Shown here: positions 9,203 to 17,900 of the stretch, piece after piece
Numbering within the stretch: the stretch's first letter is position 1
Layout of the letters: each line of letters begins with the position of its first letter
NCBI GenBank assembly: GCA_944331955.1
Contig: CALVIY010000001.1
Coordinates: forward strand, 22,013-86,012
DNA from: an uncultured Bacilli bacterium
Lineage (GTDB): Bacteria > Bacillota_I > Bacilli_A > RF39 > UBA660
Direction: 5' to 3'
Length of the DNA stretch: 64,000 bases
Notes under the pieces: model-generated
Told to the model about the DNA's origin: nothing
Databases searched by the model: none
The model's input: the letters and a program-made list of their open reading frames with translations, nothing else
Made by a program: the position numbers and the translations under genes

Positions 9203-9640
9203 ATGAAGGTTCAAACAGGATATATTTATCATATAAAAGATGAATTTTTTGATAAGATTAATGACAAAGGTTTAATGATAAATCATGAAAATGGGCGTGC
9301 TAGACCTACTTACTTCACGATTAAAGATAAGGATATACTATGGTTTATTCCGTTAAGTAGTAAGGTTTCTAAATATCAACCTATAATAGATAAAAAGGTT
9401 AAAAAATACGGGGATTGTCGTTCTATAATGATAAGAGAAATTGCCAATAAAAAATCAGTTATATTATTACAAAACGCTTTTCCTACATTAGAAAAGTATA
9501 TAGATCATCCACATATAATAAATGGTAAGCCACTTAAAGTAATAGATACATTAAAAGATGAAATAACAAGTAATTTTAATTATTTATTATCATTAAAGAA
9601 ACAAGGAATTAATTTATTTTTTCTGATATTGATAAAATAA
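9203..9640 (+). CDS. Type III toxin-antitoxin system toxin, ToxN/AbiQ family endoribonuclease (3' end possibly frameshifted)
   Basis: 145 aa. YIYHIKDEFFDKIND...RARPTYFTIKD..ILWFIPLSSKVSKY resembles the ToxN/AbiQ N-terminal pattern (FY.I...Y..yL.....RPY.g......y.APLSSpK.KH). SD GGGGGTG lies upstream. The gene is preceded by tandem repeats and a terminator. Confidence 0.72.
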   Translation: MKVQTGYIYHIKDEFFDKINDKGLMINHENGRARPTYFTIKDKDILWFIPLSSKVSKYQPIIDKKVKKYGDCRSIMIREIANKKSVILLQNAFPTLEKYIDHPHIINGKPLKVIDTLKDEITSNFNYLLSLKKQGINLFFLILIK

Positions 9641-9659
9641 AAGAAATGATGCTTGAGGA

Positions 9660-9686
9660 ACTTGATAAATAATGTCAAGTCTTTTT
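9660..9686 (+). terminator. Rho-independent terminator (copy B of the duplicated hairpin)
   Basis: ACTTGAT-AAATAAT-GTCAAGT followed by CTTTTT; about 90% identical to 8830-8856. Confidence 0.7.
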
Positions 9687-9749
9687 ATTTTAGTGTTAAT
9701 GTTTTAATATATATGTTATACTCGTATTGGTATGAAAAGGGGAGTTGTA

Positions 9750-10556
9750 ATGAGTAATTCTAAAGGAAAAAAGTCAAAAAGAAAAAAGTATAGTACAAGA
9801 CTAGAAAAAAATAAAAATATTTATTACAAAAATAGTTCATCTAAACAGATTAATGATAATAATAAGAAGTTAGTTTTAATAATTTTGATAATTAGTATAT
9901 TCTTTAATGCTTTCTTTTTATTAAGAATCTCTAGCCTTAATTCTTCTATTAATACTTTAAATTATACAATTGATGAAGAAAAAGAAGAATATAAAAAGGA
10001 AATAAATGAACTAGAGGAAAGGTATATTAACTATTTGTTTTTGGGAGACTCTATTACTGATTATTATGATTTAGATAAATATTTTGAGGGATTACCTGTT
10101 ATAAACAGTGGTGTGTCTGGTAATACGACTGAAGATATTTTAAAAGATATGAAAAGTAGAGTATATGACTATAATCCATCTAAAGTATTTCTTTTAATTG
10201 GTACAAATGATTTAAATCATGATGTTAGTGTTGAAGAAATTGTCTCTAATATTGAAAAAATAGTTAGTGATATTGATAGTCATGAGAAACAAGCTAAGAT
10301 TTATATAGAAAGTGTTTATCCAGTTAATGATAATATAGATGAAGACATTGTAGATGATAGAGATAATGAAGATATAATGGAGATAAATAGTAAGTTAAAA
10401 GAATATTGTGATAAAAACGATTATACATATATTAATCTTTATGATATTTTACTAGATGATGATGATAATTTTAGTGAAGAATATACTGATGATGGGCTAC
10501 ATCCTAATAGTAGAGGATATGAAGTTATTACTGAAGAATTAAAAAAGTATTTATAA
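9750..10556 (+). CDS. Membrane-anchored SGNH/GDSL hydrolase (esterase or O-acetyl-related)
   Basis: N-terminal TM (LVLIILIISIFFNAFFLL), then FLGDSITD, SGNTT, GTNDL, DGLHPN blocks. The ATG at 9750 has the SD AAGGGGAG; the tracked ATG at 9732 is an alternative. Confidence 0.75.
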   Translation: MSNSKGKKSKRKKYSTRLEKNKNIYYKNSSSKQINDNNKKLVLIILIISIFFNAFFLLRISSLNSSINTLNYTIDEEKEEYKKEINELEERYINYLFLGDSITDYYDLDKYFEGLPVINSGVSGNTTEDILKDMKSRVYDYNPSKVFLLIGTNDLNHDVSVEEIVSNIEKIVSDIDSHEKQAKIYIESVYPVNDNIDEDIVDDRDNEDIMEINSKLKEYCDKNDYTYINLYDILLDDDDNFSEEYTDDGLHPNSRGYEVITEELKKYL

Positions 10557-10609
10557 TTAACTATGATTTTTATAATTTATTTGATAAAATTAAATAGGAA
10601 GGTGATTAT

Positions 10610-11614
10610 ATGAAGTTTTTAATTACAGGAGGAGCAGGATTTATTGGAAGTAACTATTTACATTATGTTACTGATAAATATAAAGATGATTATTTTGTTT
10701 GTTTAGATGCTCTTACTTATGCAGGTAATTATAATAATATTAAAGATTTAGAAGGAAAAGATAATTATAAATTTGTAAAAGGAGATATTACTGATAGAAG
10801 TTTTATAGATAAACTATTTAGTGATGAAAAGTTTGATGTTGTAATTAATTTTGCAGCAGAGTCTCATGTTGATAATTCTATTAAGAATCCTGAGATATTT
10901 TTAACTACTAATATTATTGGTACAGAAATATTAATGGATGCATCGCTTAAATATAATGTTAAAAGATATCATCAGATATCAACTGATGAAGTATATGGAG
11001 ATTTACCTTTAGATAGACCTGATTTACTATTTACAGAAAATACTCCACTTCATACATCTAGTCCATATTCAACTAGTAAAGCTAGTGCAGATTTACTTGT
11101 TATGGCATATTACCGTACTTATGGACTTCCTGTTACTATTAGTAGATGTTCTAATAATTATGGTCCATATCAGTTTCCAGAGAAGTTAATACCACTTACT
11201 ATTATGAAAGCATTAAATAATGAAAAAATTCCTGTTTATGGAACAGGTGAAAATGTAAGAGATTGGATTCATGTTAAAGACCATAATATTGGTGTTGATT
11301 TAATAGTTAGAGAAGGTAAGGTAGGAGAAGTATATAATTTAGGAGGACACTCTGAAAGACATAATATTGATATTGTTAAGACTATTTTAAAACAAATGGG
11401 TAAGAGTGAAGATTTAATAACATTTGTTCCTGATAGAAAAGGTCATGATTTAAGATATGCCATTGATTCAAGTAAAGTAGAAAAAGAATTAGGTTGGGAA
11501 CGTACTTATACTTTTGAAGATGGTATTAAAGAAACTATAGATTGGTACTTAAATAACGAGAGTTGGATTAATGATATAAAAAGTGGTAAGTATAAGGAAG
11601 CTTATAAAAATTAA
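10610..11614 (+). CDS. rfbB: dTDP-glucose 4,6-dehydratase
   Basis: GGAGFIGSN, AAESHVDNS, STDEVYGDL, YSTSKASAD, RCSNNYGPYQFPEKLIP motifs; 334 aa. Confidence 0.92.
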   Translation: MKFLITGGAGFIGSNYLHYVTDKYKDDYFVCLDALTYAGNYNNIKDLEGKDNYKFVKGDITDRSFIDKLFSDEKFDVVINFAAESHVDNSIKNPEIFLTTNIIGTEILMDASLKYNVKRYHQISTDEVYGDLPLDRPDLLFTENTPLHTSSPYSTSKASADLLVMAYYRTYGLPVTISRCSNNYGPYQFPEKLIPLTIMKALNNEKIPVYGTGENVRDWIHVKDHNIGVDLIVREGKVGEVYNLGGHSERHNIDIVKTILKQMGKSEDLITFVPDRKGHDLRYAIDSSKVEKELGWERTYTFEDGIKETIDWYLNNESWINDIKSGKYKEAYKN

Positions 11615-11640
11615 CTTGGCTAGTTTTGTCAAGTTTTTTG
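11613..11640 (+). terminator. Rho-independent terminator (copy C of the hairpin family)
   Basis: AACTTGGCTAGTTTTGTCAAGTT followed by TTTT. Confidence 0.7.
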
Positions 11641-11724
11641 TCTATAATTATAGTTGAAAATTATTAGTTATTTAGTTATTATAGAGATATATTATTGGTA
11701 AAGTTATGTAGTTGGAGGAGTATA

Positions 11725-12684
11725 ATGAAAACAGTTGGTTTTGTAATACCTGTTAAGGAAAATGAAAAAAGAAGAGTTTTATTACCAAAGGATATTAGAA
11801 CTGTAAAAGAAAGAAAAAATGTTTTTTTTGAAAAAGGTTATGGTGAGATATTAGGAATTTCTGATAGCGAGTATGAAAAAGTTGGGTGTAATGTTGTTTC
11901 TTTTGATGAAGTATTAAAGCAAGATATAATTTGTGATCCAAAAGTAGGAGATGCTAATTATTTAGATAGATTAAATGAAAAACAAATTATCTTTGGATGG
12001 GTACATGCTGTTAAAAATAGAGATTTAACAGATTTATTGCTAGATAAAAAAATAACTGCTATTGCTTTTGAAGATATGTTTTATAAAAATAGACATGTTT
12101 TTTATAAAAACAATATTTTAGCAGGAGAAGCTGCTTGTTATAATGCTATTAATTATTTAGGAAAGTTACCAGATGGTTTAAATGCTGCTATTATAGGGAA
12201 TGGTAATACTGCACATGGAGCATATAAAGCATTGGTAAAATTAGGTGTTAATGTGGATATATATACAAGAGATTTAGAAAATCTTTTAAAAGAAAATCTA
12301 AGTAACTATGATTTAATTGTTAATTGTGTTTTATGGGATGTAAAAAGAAAAGATCATATAATTTATTGTGAGGATTTAAAAAGGATGAAGAAGGGTAGTA
12401 TAATAATTGATGTAAGTTGTGATTTAAATGGTGCAATAGAAACTAGTCATCCTACAACACTAGATAATCCTATATATGTTAAAGATAATATTATTCATTA
12501 TGCTGTAGACCATACACCTAGTATTTTTTATCAAACATTTAGTTTAGAATGTTCTACTATTATAGCAGATTATATTAATGATTTAATTGAAGAGAGAAAC
12601 AATGAAGTTTTAGAAAATGCCACTATTATAAAAAATGGAAAAATTTTAGATCAGAAAATAACTGATTATCAAAATAGGAGTTAG
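11725..12684 (+). CDS. Alanine dehydrogenase/PNT-family oxidoreductase, N5-(carboxyethyl)ornithine synthase-like (opine-synthase-like)
   Basis: MKTVGFVIPVKENEKRRVLLPKDI N-terminus and the Rossmann-like stretch AAIIGNGNTAHGA. The ATG at 11725 follows GGAGGAG; the tracked start at 11695 is probably too far upstream. Family call is from memory only. Confidence 0.5.
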   Translation: MKTVGFVIPVKENEKRRVLLPKDIRTVKERKNVFFEKGYGEILGISDSEYEKVGCNVVSFDEVLKQDIICDPKVGDANYLDRLNEKQIIFGWVHAVKNRDLTDLLLDKKITAIAFEDMFYKNRHVFYKNNILAGEAACYNAINYLGKLPDGLNAAIIGNGNTAHGAYKALVKLGVNVDIYTRDLENLLKENLSNYDLIVNCVLWDVKRKDHIIYCEDLKRMKKGSIIIDVSCDLNGAIETSHPTTLDNPIYVKDNIIHYAVDHTPSIFYQTFSLECSTIIADYINDLIEERNNEVLENATIIKNGKILDQKITDYQNRS

Positions 12685-12687
12685 AAT

Positions 12688-13554
12688 ATGAATATTTATG
12701 AAAGTAAGTTAAGGAACTTTATACCTAATAAGACTTTTACTAAACATTATTATTGTGAAATAATGGGAAAAAAATTAAATTTAAAAAATCCTAGAACGTT
12801 TAATGAAAAACTAAATTGGTTAAAACTTTATTATCATAATCCATTGATGTCAAAAGTAGTTGATAAATATGCTGTTAGAAGTTATATTAAAGAAAAGATT
12901 GGGAAACAATATTTAATTCCATTAATAGGTGTATATGATAAGGTTGAAGAAATAGATTTTGATAAATTACCTAATAAATTTGTAATAAAATGTAATCATG
13001 ATAGTGGTAGTTATATTATTTGTGAAGATAAGAGTAAGCTAGATATAAATAAAGTTAAAGAAAAAATAAACTATCATATGTCTAAAAATTATTATTATCA
13101 ATGGAGGGAATGGCCATATAAGAGAGTAAAACCTAAAATACTTATTGAAAAATATATGTATGATAAAACTACTAATAGCTTTGATGATTATAAGTTTATG
13201 TGTTTTGATGGTAAAGTTGATTCTGTTATGGTTTGTACTAATAGAAAAAGTGGACATACTAAGTTTAGATTTTTTGATGAGGATTGGAATTTAAAAAAGT
13301 ATAATAAGGATTCTTTAAATGAAGATTATAATCATCAATATCCTAAGCCTAAACGTATAAAAGAGATGTTTAAAATTGCATCTAAACTATCAGAGGGCTT
13401 TCCTTTTGTTAGAGTTGATTTGTATTATGCTAATAATAAGATATACTTTGGCGAACTAACATTTTTTCCGCAAGCTGGTTTTGATCCTAATATAGTGGAA
13501 GAAGCAGATAAAGCATTAGGAGAAAATATTAAAATTAAGAAAGGATTACATTAG
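12688..13554 (+). CDS. ATP-grasp amidoligase, TupA-like (teichuronopeptide-type)
   Basis: NPRTFNEKLNWLKLYY, DKYAVRSYI, KFVIKCNHDSGS, DYKFMCFDG, FVRVDLYYANNKIYFGELTFFP match the TupA-like ATP-grasp pattern. Confidence 0.7.
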   Translation: MNIYESKLRNFIPNKTFTKHYYCEIMGKKLNLKNPRTFNEKLNWLKLYYHNPLMSKVVDKYAVRSYIKEKIGKQYLIPLIGVYDKVEEIDFDKLPNKFVIKCNHDSGSYIICEDKSKLDINKVKEKINYHMSKNYYYQWREWPYKRVKPKILIEKYMYDKTTNSFDDYKFMCFDGKVDSVMVCTNRKSGHTKFRFFDEDWNLKKYNKDSLNEDYNHQYPKPKRIKEMFKIASKLSEGFPFVRVDLYYANNKIYFGELTFFPQAGFDPNIVEEADKALGENIKIKKGLH

Positions 13555-13656
13555 CATTTCTTATAATATTAATTGAAAAAAGCATTTTAATAGTTTAATT
13601 TATATATAAAGCGAGTTATGAAATATTATAGTAAGGTTAATAAAAATGGTGAAGAT

Positions 13657-14850
13657 ATGGAAAAAATATGTGTTTATACTTGTATTACAGGTAATTATGA
13701 TAATTTAAAGGATGTATTAGTAAAAGAAGATAATGTTGACTATATTTGTTTTACTGATAATAAGTATTTGTCATCTTCAACATGGAAGATTATATATATA
13801 GAAGATAAAACTTTAACAGCGCATTATTTATCTAGAAAAATTAAAATGTTAGGACACCCTTATATTGATGAAAACTATGATTTAAGTATTTGGATAGATG
13901 CATCAATTATATTTAAAAGAAGTGTGAATGAGTTTTTAGGTGATTTTTTTGATATAAAAAATGATTTATTGGCAGCTTGTAAGCATAATTGTAGAAATTC
14001 TATTAAGGAAGAGGCCTTAGAATGTATTAGGCTAGCTAAAGATAATGAAGATATTATAAAAAAACAACTTAAACTATATGAAGAAGAAAAATTTCCTGAT
14101 AATTTAGGTTTATTAGAGATGACTTTAATAATAAAAAGACATAATAATGAGTTAGTGAAAAGAACTATGAAATTGTGGTTTGATATGATTTTAAAATATA
14201 GTAAACGTGATCAGTTAAGTTTTATGTACTGTCTTTATAAAACTAAATTACCATTTAAAATTATTCCTTTAAATGTTTGGGATAATGACTATTTAGAATT
14301 TCAATATCATAATAAAAATAAATTTGATTATACTTATCAAGTGTTTTATAGTAATGATCAAGAATTTAATGAGAAGGATGGTTTTAAAAATAATTATAAG
14401 TGTGATAATGGTAAATATGTAATTGAATTTTCTCCTTCAAAGGATATTAATAAATTAAGAATAGATTTAGCAGATATAGCAGGTGTTGCCTTTACATTTA
14501 ATTCTTTCCAAGGCATTACCAAGAAGGATTTAAAATATGAAGAGTTTTTGTTTTATAATGATTCTTATGTAACTTTTAGTGATGATTCACAGATTATTAT
14601 AAATAAAAAAATTAAAAAAGGTACAAAAATAAAAATTGTATTAGATATAAAAGTTTTGTCTCCTAAAGATTTAATAGATATTTCTAAGTTTTATATAAAT
14701 GAAAATAATGAATTAAAAACAAAAATTGATAATGTTCAATTAAATAATGATGAGTTAAGGAATGAATTATCTAAAATTCTTGATAGTAAATCTTGGAAGA
14801 TATTAGAAAAAATACGTAGTATTATTAATAAATTTAGAAAACTTGGCTAA
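13657..14850 (+). CDS. DUF616-type glycosyltransferase domain protein with a C-terminal extension
   Basis: ICVYTCITGNYDNLKD...DYICFTDN, KRDQLSF motifs. Start at 13657 (MEKICVYT) is preferred; the tracked 13618 remains possible. Confidence 0.65.
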   Translation: MEKICVYTCITGNYDNLKDVLVKEDNVDYICFTDNKYLSSSTWKIIYIEDKTLTAHYLSRKIKMLGHPYIDENYDLSIWIDASIIFKRSVNEFLGDFFDIKNDLLAACKHNCRNSIKEEALECIRLAKDNEDIIKKQLKLYEEEKFPDNLGLLEMTLIIKRHNNELVKRTMKLWFDMILKYSKRDQLSFMYCLYKTKLPFKIIPLNVWDNDYLEFQYHNKNKFDYTYQVFYSNDQEFNEKDGFKNNYKCDNGKYVIEFSPSKDINKLRIDLADIAGVAFTFNSFQGITKKDLKYEEFLFYNDSYVTFSDDSQIIINKKIKKGTKIKIVLDIKVLSPKDLIDISKFYINENNELKTKIDNVQLNNDELRNELSKILDSKSWKILEKIRSIINKFRKLG

Positions 14851-14869
14851 TTTATGTCAAGTTTTTTTT
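14839..14869 (+). terminator. Rho-independent terminator (copy D of the hairpin family)
   Basis: AAACTTGGCTAATTTATGTCAAGTTT followed by a T run. Differs from 11613-11640 by one substitution and one indel. Confidence 0.7.
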
Positions 14870-14960
14870 GTTAGTAAAAAAAATTTAGACTAATTATATT
14901 GTTTATGATATACTTGATATGAATTATTAAGTATCAATAATAGGGTTAGGTGATGTTTGT

Positions 14961-17900
14961 ATGTCTATTAGTTTAGAGATTAAAAATAATAAGAAACTTT
15001 TGGTTGCTTTTTTGAGTTTGCTTTTATTAAGTGTGTTTTCTTTAAAAATAGTTAATGCTAAAAGTGATGATACTAAGATATATATAGATGTTCCTTATAG
15101 TACTCAACAAGTAGATGGTAAATTAAATTATCAAGGTTGGGTAATGAGTGAGTATAAGAATGCGAAAGTAAAAGTTTATGTAGATGGAGAAGAACAAAGT
15201 AATCCAACTAGATATCTAAGAGAAGATGTACTTAGTGCGATAAGTGGATATGGAGGAAGGGCTACTAATAGTAAGCCAGGATTTAAGGGTAGTATTGATG
15301 TAAGTTCTTATCCATTAGGTAGTAGTCATACTTTTAAAGTTGATGTTTTAGTAAATAATGAAGTTGTAGAGTCAATGAGTACTACTTTTAAAATCAGTGC
15401 TCCAAGTACAAAGATAGAAATAGAAAAACCAGTACAAAATCAGTCAGTTAAAACAACTCTTGATATAGATGGTTGGGTAATGAGTGAAGATAGTGGTGCT
15501 AGTGTAGAGATATATGTAGATGGTTCTAAAGTTAGTACGGCATCAAGATATGCAAGAGAAGATGTACTTAGTGCGATAAGTGGATATGGAGGCAGAACAA
15601 CTAATAGTAAGCCAGGATTTAAAACAACTCTTGATATGAGTAAATATACTGATGGTGCTCATAATATAGAGATGAAAGTAATATCATCTGGTGGTAATGT
15701 AATTTCAACATGTAGTAGAGTAGTAAATGTAAAGAAATATGATACTCAGATATATATCGATGTACCTTATAGTACTCAACAAGTAGATGGTAAGTTAAAT
15801 TATCAAGGTTGGGTAATGAGTGAGGCTAAGGATGCGAAAGTAAAAGTTTATGTAGATGGAGAAGAACAAAGTAATCCAACTAGATATCTAAGAGAAGATG
15901 TACTTAGTGCGATAAGTGGATATGGAGGAAGGGCTACTAATAGTAAGCCAGGATTTAAGGGTAGTATTGATGTAAGTTCTTATCCATTAGGTAGTAGTCA
16001 TACTTTTAAAGTAGAGGTTGTAGTAAATAATGAAGTTGTTGAGACAATGAGTACTACTTTTAAAATAGGTACTCCAAGTACAAAGATAGAAATAGATAAA
16101 CCAGTACAAAACCAGTCAGTTAAAACAACTCTTGATATAGAGGGTTGGGTGATGAGTGAAGATAGTGGTGCGAGTGTAGAAATATATGTAGATGGTTCTA
16201 AAGTTAGTACAACAACAAGATATGCAAGAGAAGATGTACTTAGTGCGATAAGTGGATATGGAGGAAGAACAACTAATAGTAAGCCAGGATTTAAAACAAC
16301 TCTTGATGTGAGTAAATATACTGATGGTGCACATAATGTAGAGATGAAAGTAATATCATCTGGTGGTAATGTAATTTCAGCATGTAGTAGAGTAGTAAAT
16401 GTAAAGAAATATGATACTAAGATATATATAGATGTTCCTTATAGTACTCAACAAGTAGATGGTAAATTAAATTATCAAGGTTGGGTAATGAGTGAGTATA
16501 AGAATGCGAAAGTAAAAGTTTATGTAGATGGAGAAGAACAAAGTAATCCAACTAGATATCTAAGAGAAGATGTACTTAGTGCGATAAGTGGATATGGAGG
16601 AAGGGCTACTAATAGTAAGCCAGGATTTAAGGGTAGTATTGATGTAAGTTCTTATCCATTAGGTAGTAGTCATACTTTTAAAGTTGATGTTTTAGTAAAT
16701 AATGAAGTTGTAGAGTCAATGAGTACTACTTTTAAAATCAGTGCTCCAAGTACAAAGATAGAAATAGAAAAACCAGTACAAAATCAGTCAGTTAAAACAA
16801 CTCTTGATATAGATGGTTGGGTAATGAGTGAAGATAGTGGTGCTAGTGTAGAGATATATGTAGATGGTTCTAAAGTTAGTACGGCATCAAGATATGCAAG
16901 AGAAGATGTACTTAGTGCGATAAGTGGATATGGAGGCAGAACAACTAATAGTAAGCCAGGATTTAAAACAACTCTTGATATGAGTAAATATACTGATGGT
17001 GCTCATAATATAGAGATGAAAGTAATATCATCTGGTGGTAATGTAATTTCAACATGTAGTAGAGTAGTAAATGTAAAGAAATATGATACTAAGATAGAAA
17101 TAGACTCGCCAATTAATCAAAGTTTCTTTAAAGAAAATATAGAATATCAAGGTTGGGTAATGAGTGAAGATAGTGGTGCAAGTGTAAAAGTTTATGTAGA
17201 TGATGTTGAACAAAATGCTCCAACAAGATATGTAAGAGAAGATGTACTTAGTGCGATAAGTGGATATGGAGGAAGAACTACTAATAGTAAACCAGGATAC
17301 AAAGGAAGTATTAATTATGAGAATCTTAGTGAAGGTTATCATACTTTAAAAATAGAGGCAATCGCTTCTACAACTGGTGAAGTTATTTCTAGTGTATCTA
17401 CTAAATTCTTCTTAAGAAAATATAATACAAAAATAGAAATAGAAAGTCCGGTTAACAATTCTACTAAAAAAACATCTATTGATATTAAAGGATGGATAAT
17501 GAGTGAAGATAGAGATGGATCTATTGAAATATATATTGATAATGAAAAGATAGATACAATAAGTTTAATAAGAACAAAAAGAGATGATGTTTTAAATTCA
17601 GTTAATGGATATGGAGATAGTTCTACTAATCCAAACCCTGGTTATGAAATGACAATAGATTCTAGTGAAATGAAAGATGGACTTCATAATTATAAAATAG
17701 TTTATGTGTCTAGTGAAAGTTCTGATGTAACAACAAGTGTTAGTTCTAACTTTTATATAAAAAAATATGATGGTATGGTTTATTTAGATGATCCAGTTGG
17801 TACTAACTTTTCATCAAACTTTACCATTAGAGGTTGGGCAATGGCAGAGTGCTCTAATTCTAGATTAGAAGTATATTTAGATAATAACTTACTTAGTGTA

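Noticed and set aside
15069-17084. Long identical DNA repeats considered as an IS or other mobile-element duplication.
   Set aside because: The repeats are in frame within one ORF, encode complete protein domains and have no terminal inverted repeats or transposase. An assembly artefact in copy number cannot be excluded; this is noted in the findings.
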